Positions 37,271 to 48,030 of a stretch of DNA of 64,000 nt are shown here, one piece after another (the stretch's first letter is position 1; each line of letters begins with the position of its first letter). This stretch comes from Acidobacteriota bacterium (lineage in GTDB: Bacteria > Acidobacteriota > UBA890 > WLXD01). The translations under genes and the position numbers were made by a program. The DNA is taken from positions 141,984 through 205,983 of the forward strand of contig WLXD01000003.1 in NCBI GenBank assembly GCA_012103255.1, read 5' to 3'. Under the pieces are notes generated by a model. The model saw only the letters and a list, made by a program, of their open reading frames with translations, was not told where the DNA came from and ran no database searches.

Positions 37271-38565
37271 GCGCCCGGACCTCCGGCGGGAGTGCCGGGC
37301 TTCTCCTGCATCCGCGGCAGGCTCCGTCCCCACAGGAAGAGCGGTACGTTCACGACGAGGAGCACGACGGGGAGCCAGACCAGCGTTGCACCAAGGACGG
37401 CCTCCTCCTCTGGGGAGCCCGGCGACGGAGTCACCCCGCCGCCCGCGATACGGAAGGCCGCGGCGTAGAGGGCACCCACGACGCCGTAAGAGAGGTTGCC
37501 CGCCAGGCTCTTGAACGACAGTACGGTGGCCCGCTGCGACGACGCGGTCGCCTCGTTTAGGTACTGCGAGCTGAAATATCCGAGCATCTGGAATCCGATC
37601 GCCATCGGAACGATGAAAATGGCGCCGTACCACGATCGGGACACAGCGACTCCGCCGAGCGAGACCAGCATCAGGGCCGAGATGACCGCGAAGATCTGGT
37701 TCGGCGCCAGTCGGTGCAGAAGGGCGCGGGATAGCGTCGGAGAGAACAGACCGACGGCGGCAAAAACGGCGCCCAGGACGCCGAAGAGTGCGGCGGGGAT
37801 CCCAATCATGCGGAAGTAGCTACTGTTCAACGTCAGGAACAGTCGCACCACGCTATCCAAGACGAGGAAGAAGAGGATCACCGCCAGGATGAACCTCGTG
37901 CGCCAGATCCAGCTCGCGGCCTGCCGGATCTGGTCGACACTGTCGCGCAGTTGAACGACGCCCTTGACGGTGGCGGTACCCGGTTCCGACATCCCGAGCG
38001 CCGAAACGAACGCGCCGATCCCTAGTAGGAGCGTGAGGTAGACAGGGAAACGAACGGTCATCGACGCCTCGAGGCCCGCCTCGATCCCCACGACGGAAAG
38101 CGCGCTGTTCAGAAAGTCCGCGTCGTAAACCGCTGCACCAACCACCATGGCGATGAGGAACCCGGCAGCGGAGATGCGCTGCAGTCGCGCGAGTACGTCG
38201 GGCCACTCCGAGTCACGTCCGACTTCGAGGAGGGACTCGTAGGCGAGCGCCTCGTCCGCGCCACTCGCGGCCGCCTCCGCGAGCCCCGACAGGATCCTGT
38301 TGACCAGAAACATCGCGAACAGCAACGTCGCGTTGCCCGTCGGCGCGAAGCCCATGACGGCCATCTCGACGATCATCAACGCCCCGGCTGCCACGACGAG
38401 CGGCCGCCGTCCGATCCGGTCGGAGACGGCGCCGAGGGGCAGCTCGAAAGCGACGATCGAAACGGCCCACGCCACGTTCAACACCGCGTACTGGTCGAGC
38501 GTGAGCCCAAGATCGACGAAGAAGATCGCCAGGACGGGGTAGTAGAACCGGGCGTTGAATAGCAC
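37267..38565 (-). CDS. MFS transporter
   Basis: 12 predicted TM segments and the MFS motif-A-like …GAVSDRIGRRP… between TM2 and TM3. Confidence 0.75.
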   Translation of the reverse strand: MLFNARFYYPVLAIFFVDLGLTLDQYAVLNVAWAVSIVAFELPLGAVSDRIGRRPLVVAAGALMIVEMAVMGFAPTGNATLLFAMFLVNRILSGLAEAAASGADEALAYESLLEVGRDSEWPDVLARLQRISAAGFLIAMVVGAAVYDADFLNSALSVVGIEAGLEASMTVRFPVYLTLLLGIGAFVSALGMSEPGTATVKGVVQLRDSVDQIRQAASWIWRTRFILAVILFFLVLDSVVRLFLTLNSSYFRMIGIPAALFGVLGAVFAAVGLFSPTLSRALLHRLAPNQIFAVISALMLVSLGGVAVSRSWYGAIFIVPMAIGFQMLGYFSSQYLNEATASSQRATVLSFKSLAGNLSYGVVGALYAAAFRIAGGGVTPSPGSPEEEAVLGATLVWLPVVLLVVNVPLFLWGRSLPRMQEKPGTPAGGPGA

Positions 38566-38646
38566 CCTGAACGCAAGAAACCTCTGGACGTTGCCCGGCC
38601 AGGGAGCGGAGCTACTGCCGGTACTCAGACTTCACCTCCAAAGCAC

Positions 38647-39003
38647 CTACTTGCTATCGAATCGCTCGTTTGCCCGCAACAGTGACGCCTCGTTCTCCGC
38701 GCCCCAGTCGCAGATCATCTTGAAGATCGGGTGCAGACTCTGACCCAGCGCTGAGATCTCGTACTCCACTCGCGGCGGAATCTCCTCATGGAAAGTGCGC
38801 TCCACGAGCCCGTCCCGCTCGAGCTCCCGCAGTCGCTGAGTCAGCATCTTCTGAGAAATGTCGGGAATTGCTCGGCGGAGTTCGCTGAATCGTTGACGTC
38901 CGTAGAACACCAGCGAAAACACGATCGCAGGTTTCCACTTGTTCCCGACGACCTGCATCATTCGTTCAACGCGATCGATCAGCTTCCGTTCTTCGGGTTT
39001 CAT
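38647..39003 (-). CDS. HxlR-family (MarR-like winged helix) transcriptional regulator
   Basis: …VVGNKWKPAIVFSLVFYGRQRFSELRRAIPDISQKMLTQRLRELERDGLVER… is the HxlR signature. Confidence 0.8.
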   Translation of the reverse strand: MKPEERKLIDRVERMMQVVGNKWKPAIVFSLVFYGRQRFSELRRAIPDISQKMLTQRLRELERDGLVERTFHEEIPPRVEYEISALGQSLHPIFKMICDWGAENEASLLRANERFDSK

Positions 39004-39100
39004 TATGAGAGTCAGTATACATTAGGTGCCTTATTGACAAAGTAAACCACGTTTCTAAAAGATACTGGGACCTCAAATCTCAAACTCGAGAAACGGACGT

Positions 39101-39499
39101 ATGAGCACCATCGACGCAGACGACTTCGGAACGATTGAGCGCGACGAGACGACCAATCTGGTGCGCCTCAGCTGGCTCCCGGAGACCGAAGACATGACGT
39201 TGGAAGACTTCAGGAACACGCTCACGGTGCTCGCAGACGCCGTCGTCGAGCACGGCGCCAGCGGCGCCTTGGTGGACGTGCGGGAGTTTCGTTCAGAGGT
39301 TCCCGAAGAGGATGACGGCTGGCGCGAAGAAGTGATTGTCCCCAGGTACAACACCGTGCTTAGCCGGTTTGCATGGCTGGCAGGCCCTGAATTCGAGGAA
39401 CTGCCCGGGGGTGGCGGCGTGTATTCGAACGACGGCGAGGAGTACGCGAATCGCTGGTTCCACGACGAGGACGAGGCGATCGCCTGGGCCACGGCCTGA
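39101..39499 (+). CDS. hypothetical acidic protein
   Basis: 132-aa ORF divergent from hxlR. No recognised domain. Confidence 0.4.
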   Translation: MSTIDADDFGTIERDETTNLVRLSWLPETEDMTLEDFRNTLTVLADAVVEHGASGALVDVREFRSEVPEEDDGWREEVIVPRYNTVLSRFAWLAGPEFEELPGGGGVYSNDGEEYANRWFHDEDEAIAWATA

Positions 39500-39545
39500 C
39501 AACACTCGACGTTTGCGTGGTCAAGAACGCCGCAAGCAACCGATG

Positions 39546-40937
39546 CTAGCGCCAGAAGGGGATGACATGGACGCGGCTCGCGTCTTTGATCGCGTCGGCC
39601 AATGTGCCGCCTCCGGTCGACGTAGCTTCCGTGAACTGAGCCTCTAGCTCGGCGCGCCGCGCCGCGCTGATGTCGCGGACGAGCCGCAGTTCGTGACGGC
39701 CCGGCGGAAACGCGGCAACGTTGAGTCGGGCTACTACGCCGCGCATGCCGCTAGCGCGGTCGGTGGCGAAATCAAAATGCTCCGGTGACACCGCGGCCCC
39801 ATTCATCGAGACTTCATAGAGATCGCCGATGCATCGCGCCGCGGCTGCATCGTCCGGCTCGCCATCCACAACTCGCGTAACGACCGATTCGCAACGTTCG
39901 CGCAGAAGCTCGTTGTCGTCGCGCGGGTAGTACGTAATAAGAAGACGAACATAGTCGCCTTCGATCACCTCCGACTGGATCGCCGGCGAACGGCGATGGA
40001 TCGCGCCGGCGAGTCGCTGATCAGCGTAGTACGCGGGCACCAGCTCGGCGGACGAACCTTCGCCAGGCCCCAGGAGCAAACTATCGAACGGCGTACCTCC
40101 GTTGAACAGGTCCAGATCGCTCACGAGAAACATCGCAACTACCACGGCCCCGATCGTCTGCAGAACCGTGGCGAAACGGCGTTGGCTCGTGCGAGTGGCG
40201 ATCGTCAGCGTCAGCGGGTGAAGCACAGGGCCGAGCGCGACGTAGTAGGAGAGGCGCAGGATGCCGCGGATCGCCCAGGCCAACCGCGAATCCGGTGCAA
40301 TCCGCTCGCGCATCTTCCGGTCGAGCAGCAATGCACCGACGAACGGCAGCAGCCAGACAACGACAGCCATTGCCGCGGCCACGACGAGAAGGCTCGACCC
40401 GGGTACGGCGTACGTGACGATCCAGTAACTCGGCACGCCGATGGCGAAGACGCCGACAATCGAAAGCACCAGGTTGCCGACCAGGATCGCCGCGAAGGCG
40501 AAGATCAACCGGCAGAAGCCATCGGCGTTGCGCACAGCCTCCTCGAGCGAAGGGACGAGACGCTTCGCCAAAGCCAGACCAATGGGGCCGCGATTCTGGA
40601 CGGCGTCCCATCTGATTCCTTCCGGGTAGAGGGAATGCAATCCTGCCAATCCGACCCAGTAGGCGCGCGCAGCGATGTGCAGCACGAACGTAGCGATCAA
40701 CGCGTAGGCGAGCAGCGACAGGTAGTAGTAGGCGAAGAAGTAGCCCATCCGCAGATCACCTGCGGCGATGACGCTCACCCGATCCCACCATCCGGAGAGG
40801 CGTGTGGGCGCGCCCAGAAGGGCAAATACCAGTGCCCCAGAGATCAGAAGTTCGACCTCCCACGTCTGGTCGAACAAACCTCGGCGCGGTGAACCCGGGG
40901 CATCTATGGGAGAGCGGTTGTCGATCGAATCGTTCAT
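39546..40937 (-). CDS. hypothetical polytopic membrane protein with C-terminal soluble domain
   Basis: 463 aa with about 7 TM helices. No motif recognised. Confidence 0.5.
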   Translation of the reverse strand: MNDSIDNRSPIDAPGSPRRGLFDQTWEVELLISGALVFALLGAPTRLSGWWDRVSVIAAGDLRMGYFFAYYYLSLLAYALIATFVLHIAARAYWVGLAGLHSLYPEGIRWDAVQNRGPIGLALAKRLVPSLEEAVRNADGFCRLIFAFAAILVGNLVLSIVGVFAIGVPSYWIVTYAVPGSSLLVVAAAMAVVVWLLPFVGALLLDRKMRERIAPDSRLAWAIRGILRLSYYVALGPVLHPLTLTIATRTSQRRFATVLQTIGAVVVAMFLVSDLDLFNGGTPFDSLLLGPGEGSSAELVPAYYADQRLAGAIHRRSPAIQSEVIEGDYVRLLITYYPRDDNELLRERCESVVTRVVDGEPDDAAAARCIGDLYEVSMNGAAVSPEHFDFATDRASGMRGVVARLNVAAFPPGRHELRLVRDISAARRAELEAQFTEATSTGGGTLADAIKDASRVHVIPFWR

Positions 40938-41123
40938 GGCGGGGAGGACTCCTGGCGTCGGACGGCCGCTATGATACCGCCCGTAGCGCCGTGCCTGGTC
41001 GAAGCCGGCCCCCGCCGGTGGTCCGTCGGACGGACCACGCCGACCAGGTTCGATAACTTGACCTGGGTTCGACCAGACACCACGGTCGTCTCAGACTCAC
41101 AGTGATTTGGGGGCACGCGAGAT

Positions 41124-41312
41124 TTGAATCAACCGACAGGACTCAACACGCTCATTGGCCTCGCCACCGCGGGGACAGCGGTTGTCGGGCTATTCGCCCT
41201 CGTCGGAGGTCTGCTGGTGTTCACAGCCGGTGAGTTCGTGGCCGCGGCCCTGTTCCTCCTGGCCGCGGCCGTGGCTTTCGGCGCGTTGGCGATCGCCCTG
41301 CTTCGCAGTTAG
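41124..41312 (+). CDS. small hypothetical membrane protein (2 TM)
   Basis: 62-aa, very hydrophobic. Its stop overlaps the end of the convergent BNR gene. Low confidence in the coding call. Confidence 0.25.
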   Translation: MNQPTGLNTLIGLATAGTAVVGLFALVGGLLVFTAGEFVAAALFLLAAAVAFGALAIALLRS

Positions 41313-44300
41313 CTCGCAACCCCGACTCCGAGCACTCCGGCCTCGGCCAATGCGCCGTTGAAATCATCCAGCTCACCGCCGAGGACTGCATGCAGTCGAT
41401 CAGCGATGCCGCGCCAGATCGTTGCCAGGTCCGCGGCACGTTCTCGAGCTCCTCGCGTGGGCTGCCGATCGGGGCCGCCAGAGAGATAGCCGTCGGGCCC
41501 GGTCACGGCGCCGTAAACCGAGGCGTACTGCGACATCAGCTGGGGTCCGTAGTTGAACAGATCCTGGATCCCTTCGGCGGCCGGCTGGTAGAGCATCGCC
41601 TCGATCTCGGTGAGCTCGTCGATGATGTTGGCACCCGCAGACGCAATGTCGTCAGCCGCGTCTGAGCCCGCCGCGCGAGCTACTGCGGCCTCCACCTGAT
41701 CGCGCGCCGACCAGAGGGCGGCTATGGAGTCCGCGATCGCCTGCATGTTGTCGCGCAGGCCAACGGCCAGCTCAACCTGTTCTGCGAGCCGCGCGTCGGT
41801 CACGTCGTGGAGACGCGGATCGAGCCGCACCTCGAAAGTTGTCTCCCCCAGCGCCTCTCGATTCATCGCACCGCCGGAACTGAGCCGCGCGGTGTATGTG
41901 CCCGGCGCGGCCTTCGGTCCGCCGGTGTAGCCCCACACCTGAACGCCATCGGGAACCTCCGGAGACTCGTGCTGCAGGTCCCACACGAAGCGGTTCAGGC
42001 CAGCCGCGACTGGTAGTGGATTGCCGCCGTCCTCGTCATCATCGCTGGAATACGTCCGGATGACAGTTCCGCTGGAGTCCAGAATCTCGAGACTCAACGG
42101 GGACTCCCCTGCCCCTTCGGCAACGCTGGGAGTCAAGGAGTAGTGCACCGTGGCGCCCTGGGGAGGCGAGTCGAGCGGAGTGTCGCCGCTAGCCCCGCCC
42201 ATGTTGGCCCGCCAGGCTGGCCGTGGGGCGAACAGATGCACGCCGTCGACACCCGCCGCCAGTTCGCGCAACGGCGTCATGTCGTCGAGGATCCAGAACG
42301 AACGTCCCTGCGTGGAGACCACCAGGTCGTTCTGGTGCACGCGCATGCCGGTGATGGGAGTTACGGGAAGATCGTTCTGCAAGCTCTGCCAATGCGCCCC
42401 GTCGTCGAAGGAGACGAATACGCCGAATTCGGTGCCGGCGAACAGCAGTCCGGGCGTCACCGGATCTTCGCGAACCGTCCGCACCGGGTAGTCGCTCGGG
42501 ATGCCGTTGCCGTCAGTGAGGAGCGTCCACGAGGCGCCCCAATCGTCGGTCGCGTAGATGTACGGGGCAAAGTCATCGAGCCGATAGCGCTGCACGGCCA
42601 TGATGGCGCTGCCAGGCGCGTGCCGGGAGACCTCGATCTCATCCACGGTACCGAGACCAGGCATGCCATCCGGCGTGATATCCGTCCAGGTGCTGCCACC
42701 GTCACGACTCACATGGACGCGTCCGTCATCACTACCGGTCCACAGCTCGTCCGCAGCGAATGGCGACTCCGCAAGCGCGAAGATCGTGCCGTACATCTCC
42801 ACGCCGGTGATGTCTCGATGGATCGGCCCGCCGGCGTAGTCCTGATGCTCCGGGTTGTCGGTGGTGAGATCAGGGCTGATCGTCTCCCACGTGAAGCCGG
42901 CGTCGGTCGTCCGGTGCAGGTAGTTCGACGCGTGGTAGACCACGTTCGAGTCGTGCTCCGAGATAAGGATCGGTGCGACCCACTGGAAGCGATACTTCAG
43001 GTCGCGCCCGGCTGAACCGGCCTGTAGTTGCGGGTAGATCAGCACATTGCGGTACTCGCCGGTCGCCTGATTCACATACGAGATCTCGCCGCCATAGCAG
43101 GCGCCATAGCTGATGTCGCGGTTCTTCGGGTCGACGACGATCGGCCCGGTCTCGCAGCCGCCGGGGTTCACCCAACCCGTCTTCGGGTGCAGGGTGTTGG
43201 CGTCGTGCCACGCGGGCACCCCGATGCCGGTGTTGTCCTGCTGACCGGCGTAGAGGCGATATGGGAAACCATTGTCCACCGAGACGTCGTAGAACTCCGC
43301 GGTCGCCTGGTTGTAGTAGGTCGACCAGGTACGACCGTCGTTCATGGTCACCTGGGCACCGCCATCGTCGCCGACCACCATCCGCTTCGGGTCGTCCGGG
43401 TTGATCCACAGGTCGTGAACGTCGCCGTGCGGCACCTGGATCACTTCGAAGTTCTCGCCGCCGTCAATCGACTTCAAGAGCCGCGTGTTTAGTGCGAAAA
43501 CGGTGTTGTCGTCAGTTGGGTGCGCGATGATGTGCGTGTAATACCAAGCCCGCTGACGAAGACCGCGGTCGGTGTTCACGAGCTCCCACGAGTCACCGCC
43601 GTCATCGCTGCGATAGACGCCACCATCCGGGTCGAGCGCCTCGATCAGGGCCCAGACGCGGGCCGGGTTCGACGCGGAGATTGCCAGACCGATCTTGCCG
43701 ACCACGCCCGTTGGCAGACCATTGTCGAGCGCGGCGTCCGTGAGCTCCGTCCACGAGTCACCGCCGTCGGTCGAGCGCCAGATCCCGGACTCCTCTGAAC
43801 CACTGATCATCGTCCAGGGCTTGCGCTCCGCGGTCCACATCGAAGCCCAGACATCGCGCGGGTTGCGCGGGTTGATCTGAATGTCCATGGCGCCGGTACG
43901 GTCGGATACACCGAGCACCTGCTCCCACGTCGCCCCGCCATCCCGTGAACGATAGACACCGCGATCCGGGTTCGGGCCGAACGGGTGACCGAGCGCCGCC
44001 GCGAAGACAACGTCCGCGTCGCGCGGATCCACCTCAATCGAGCCAATCTGGCCAGCCTCGGCAAGACCGATGAAGTGCCAGGTCTTTCCAGCATCGGTCG
44101 ATTTCCAGGCGCCGCGCCCGGTTGACGTGTTGCCCCGCGTGTCGGCAGAACCCGTGCCCACGTAGATCACGTTGCGATCACTATCCGCGACATCTAGTGA
44201 ACCAACCGATCCGCCAAAGGTGCCGTCGGTGATGTTGTTCCAGGTATGACCCGCGTCGTCCGTCACCCACACGCCGCCACCCGTGGTTCCCATCCAGTAG

Positions 44301-44520
44301 GTGTCGGGTACGTCAGTGTGCCCCGTCACGGCGGTTGATCGGCCGCCGCGATACGGGCCCACCATTCGCCAATCGAGTGCCTGAAGCATCTCCGGCGCAA
44401 CGACGGTGTTGGCATCCATTGCGCCCGAGTCCTGGGCGCCGGCAGGTCCTACGATCGAGATCGTAAACAAGGCGGCGAGAAGAAGTGACGAGGCCAGGGG
44501 GCGAAAGCGACGCAACATCA
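41309..44520 (-). CDS. BNR/sortilin (VPS10)-repeat glycoside-hydrolase-like protein, secreted
   Basis: About 11 BNR motifs S/T-x-D-x-G-x-T/S-W (TDDAGHTW, STDAGKTW, SRDGGATW, STDGGDSW, SDDGGDSW, SIDGGENF, TTDAGFTW, SRDGGSTW, TDDWGASW, SFDDGAHW). Signal peptide at MLRRFRPLASSLLLAAL; the start is likely 44520 rather than 44719. Confidence 0.8.
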
Positions 44521-44751
44521 GGGAATCTCCGGGTTCAACAACGGGCGCCCCGAACACCGTGGGCTCCGGCGCCAACTCTAGTGCGGCTTGGCCTGCTGGT
44601 GTGCTAACTCGAGACTGCCTGGCACCGTGCAGGCCGGGCCTGGCCACCATGAGGGCCCGACCAGATCGTTCTGGATTCCCTTGCGGGGCGCCAACCGTAA
44701 CCCTGTGATCCAGCAGCACTCCATCGCCACGCGTCTATCTCGCACTGGACA

Positions 44752-46113
44752 ATGAACCTCTACCAGGACGTCTTCTTTCGCGGTCTGGATCGGCTCCGTC
44801 AGCGACGGAACATAGACCGCCTGCAGCAGCTGCGCGCGTCGCAGTTCTGGAGCGCACAACGAATCCAAGAGCGGCAACTAGAGCTGCTCAACGAGCTGCT
44901 CCGGGTGGCGCGCGAACACTCGCCCTACCATCGCGAACGGCTCGCGACACTGCGACTGCCGCTGCGCTCGCTCGAAGAGCTGGTGATTGTCCCGCCGCTT
45001 CGCAAGCGCGAGATCCGAGAGCACCGCGAGGCCATCCGAACGGTGCACCTGCCCGGCGACCGCTACGGCCTGGCGCACACAGGTGGCTCCACAGGCGAAC
45101 CGACGTATTTCTACTTGGATCGACAGGGCCGCGACTGGAATCGGGCCAGTGTCTACCGGTCAGCAGAGTGGGCCGGCACCGCCCTAGGCCGACGTGCCAT
45201 CGACGTTTCGGGCTCGGTCTACGACCGACGCAAAGCATCGACGATCCGCAAGCGACTGGCCGACCTGGTCCTCCGACACCGTCACTTCTCACTAGTGGCC
45301 CCGGGTGAGGCCGAATTTGAGTCGCTACGCCGAATGGTCCACCGATTCAAACCTCACAGCATGTGGGGCTACACCAGCGGCATCGTCGGGTTGGCCGAAT
45401 ACATGGAGTCCTCTGGACGCACCGATGCGTTTCCCTCGCTGGCAGCGTTGGTCACGAGTTCTGAAACTCTACTGCCCCACCATCGAGCCACGCTGGAGCG
45501 TGTCTTCGGCGCCTGTCGGCTCTTCGACCATTACGGCAGTCGCGAGATGTACATCGCGGCTCAATGCTCACAACGTAGCGGCTATCACCTACACGCCGAC
45601 GTCGTGTTTACCGAGATCGTGGACGACGACGGAAACCCCTGCGCTTCTGGGCAGCCTGGGCGTGTCCTCGTCACCGATCTGACGAACCACGCTTTCCCCT
45701 TCATCAGATACGAGATTGGAGACGTGGCGGCGCTCGCCGAAGATACGCCGTGCCCGTGTGGCGTGCGACTACCGCGCCTGGCGCGCGTGGAGGGCCGCAT
45801 CCCGGACATGATCAAGCTGCCCGACAGGGTAATCACACCCCCAAACATCGCAACGCCGCTCGCCGAAACGCCAGGCGTTCGTGCGTTCCAAGTGCGCCAC
45901 GAACAACCGGATGAGATCCGCGTGCTCATCGAGGCCGACGCGGCGTTCGACCAGACCGCGCGCCGGCATGTGCGGCGACTGATGGAGAGGCTGGTCGCCG
46001 GTCAGGCGCGCGTGGAAATCGTCACTGACGAACCGATTGAGGTGCCGGCGTCCGGCAAGCGGCGCTTCGTGGTGTCGAACGTGGCCGACCGAGATTCGGA
46101 GCGAGCCGCGTAG
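44752..46113 (+). CDS. phenylacetate-CoA ligase-like adenylate-forming enzyme (PaaK/CapK/F390-synthetase family)
   Basis: …GLAHTGGSTGEPTYFY… is the P-loop-like AMP-binding motif of the PaaK family. Size and C-terminal region are consistent. Confidence 0.65.
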   Translation: MNLYQDVFFRGLDRLRQRRNIDRLQQLRASQFWSAQRIQERQLELLNELLRVAREHSPYHRERLATLRLPLRSLEELVIVPPLRKREIREHREAIRTVHLPGDRYGLAHTGGSTGEPTYFYLDRQGRDWNRASVYRSAEWAGTALGRRAIDVSGSVYDRRKASTIRKRLADLVLRHRHFSLVAPGEAEFESLRRMVHRFKPHSMWGYTSGIVGLAEYMESSGRTDAFPSLAALVTSSETLLPHHRATLERVFGACRLFDHYGSREMYIAAQCSQRSGYHLHADVVFTEIVDDDGNPCASGQPGRVLVTDLTNHAFPFIRYEIGDVAALAEDTPCPCGVRLPRLARVEGRIPDMIKLPDRVITPPNIATPLAETPGVRAFQVRHEQPDEIRVLIEADAAFDQTARRHVRRLMERLVAGQARVEIVTDEPIEVPASGKRRFVVSNVADRDSERAA

Positions 46114-46116
46114 CCT

Positions 46117-47936
46117 CTACTCGATGCGGCGGAACGTGAAGGTTCCCAGCGGTGCCACCGCTCCGTTGTTCAGGAACGGGAACCCATCAAGGCGCTGGAT
46201 CGTTGCCCTGGGCACCGTCGCGGAATTCGCGGACGTGAACGTTGTGCCGCTGTCGGTGCCCGCGTCGTACGGCTGCAGCGGCACGACGAGTTCGTCAATC
46301 CAGTCGCCGCGCTCCAAAGGCTCAGGCCCGAGACGCCCACAAACCAATCAGGACTGGGCGCGATCATCGACACGAGCGTGACGAACGGAGCTCCCGGGTC
46401 GATGTCGAACTCCAGAGCTACCCGTCCGGGAGAGACCCCGATCGCACCGCCCGAGAGCGTCGAACGAGCGGTGCCCAGATCGATCGCATCCCGCACCTCT
46501 CCGAGGAGGCTGCCCTTGGCCCCGAACTCCGCCATCTCCTTGATGCCGGTTGAGGCGATCTCATCGCGGGCCCAGAACGTTGCCGCGCTGGAGTGCGTGC
46601 CCCCCACGAGGCCGGAGAAATGTGCGCTCGACGGATAGTCGGCGGGATGCGTGGCGGCACTCCAGGTCGCGTCGAACGTCACCTCATAGCGGGCGGCAGG
46701 CGCGGCGTCGGTTTCCACGCGCAGTAACCGGCCGTCCGCGCTGAGCACGTAAAGGAGTCCGTCTGGACCGATACGCATATCGCGGATCGGCCCGAACCCA
46801 TTGCCCCAATGCACCGACCTGGCCTCGGCCGCCTTGTCGACGACGCGATCGGCGAGTGCACCGGCGAGACGCAACCGGTCACGCTGGGCAGCCCTGGGCG
46901 GCAACTCCAACAAATAGATGTCGCCGGCGGCGCTTCCAGCCACGAGTCGGTCACGCAGCTTGGGGCCGTAGGCATCGGTACCGAGAAAGGACAGGCCCGA
47001 TACACCCGGCGCCTTCTTCCAACTCAGTGCGGGATCTCCGTACTCGGCACCGGGCACGACGGGCAGGTCGGACGCCTCGCTCGCCGCATTGCCGTTCTCT
47101 GAATACCGGGCGTCACGGTCGTCTGGCCCCACGATCAGCACCCAGCCGCCGTTCATGCCCGGGGCCGCTGAGTTCAGTTCATCGTACTGACCTGGACCCT
47201 GGTCCAAGAGCCAGGGTGTCCCCGTCAGCCCATCGATCGCGAGTCCGTTGCCGTCGCGTAGCCCAAACGCGAACCAGCGGCGCAGCGTTTCGTCATCACT
47301 GGACGAGAACGGATTGTCGTCGGGGACCATTCCGTCAGGGCTGAGGCGGAAGAGCGCACCGCTTCCGGAGCTCGACCCGTCGTCTATGTTCTGTTCGGTC
47401 CGAGCTGCCCCGAGCCCGAGACTGCCTACCAGCCCGTAGAGCATTCCGTCTGAACCGAATCGCAGCGGGCCGCCATTGAGCTCATTCCCCGCCGCGGCCG
47501 CAACAGCGCCGACTGGAAAGCTGGCGATGCGCCGCGGCTGTCGCAGACGCTTACCGGAGAGCCTTAGCCGAACGACGCGGTTGTCCCGCCAGCGCCCGCC
47601 GCGCTGACTGGAGTAGTGAACGAACACGTGACCGTCATCGGTGAAGTTCGGGCTCACCGCAAGGCCGAGTCCGCCTCGACTCCCTTCTGTAGCCACTCGC
47701 AGACGGGCGACGACACGATCGCTCGCGCCGTCGCGGACTCGCAGTAGCCGTCCAGAGCGCTCGAGCACGAGGACGTCTCCTGCTCCAAGGAAATCGAACG
47801 CCACGGGATCGTTCAGATCGTCGGAGACCAGCACCACGTTCGTGCCCTTCGAATCGACCTCCTGAGAGGTGGCCGGGAGGGCGAGCGCAATACACAGCAC
47901 GGCGGCGGGTAGTGTCCAGCGAGACGAAGACTTCAT
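46117..47936 (-). pseudogene. glucose/sorbosone dehydrogenase-like beta-propeller fused to Spondin_N domain; reading frame broken by 1-nt indel at A/T homopolymer ~46317
   Basis: N-terminal GSDH-type propeller with a signal peptide. The C-terminal …YEVTFDATWSAATHP…PDWFVGVSGLSLW matches Spondin_N and then goes out of frame. The continuation …LERGDWIDELVVPLQPYDAGTDSGTTF… lies in the adjacent frame (46117-46347). Inserting one T in ctttgg would restore …GLSLLERGDWIDEL…. Confidence 0.65.
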
Positions 47937-48030
47937 CGGATGCGATCCTGAATAGAAGCGGAGTAGGCGTGCGAACTTGCTCCCAGTTTGCCGCAGACTC
48001 CCGCACGGTCACTCGAAAAACGAGGTTCAG

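Noticed and set aside
42143-43015. 290-aa plus-strand ORF
   Set aside because: It is antisense to the BNR-repeat gene, which has 11 recognisable BNR motifs.
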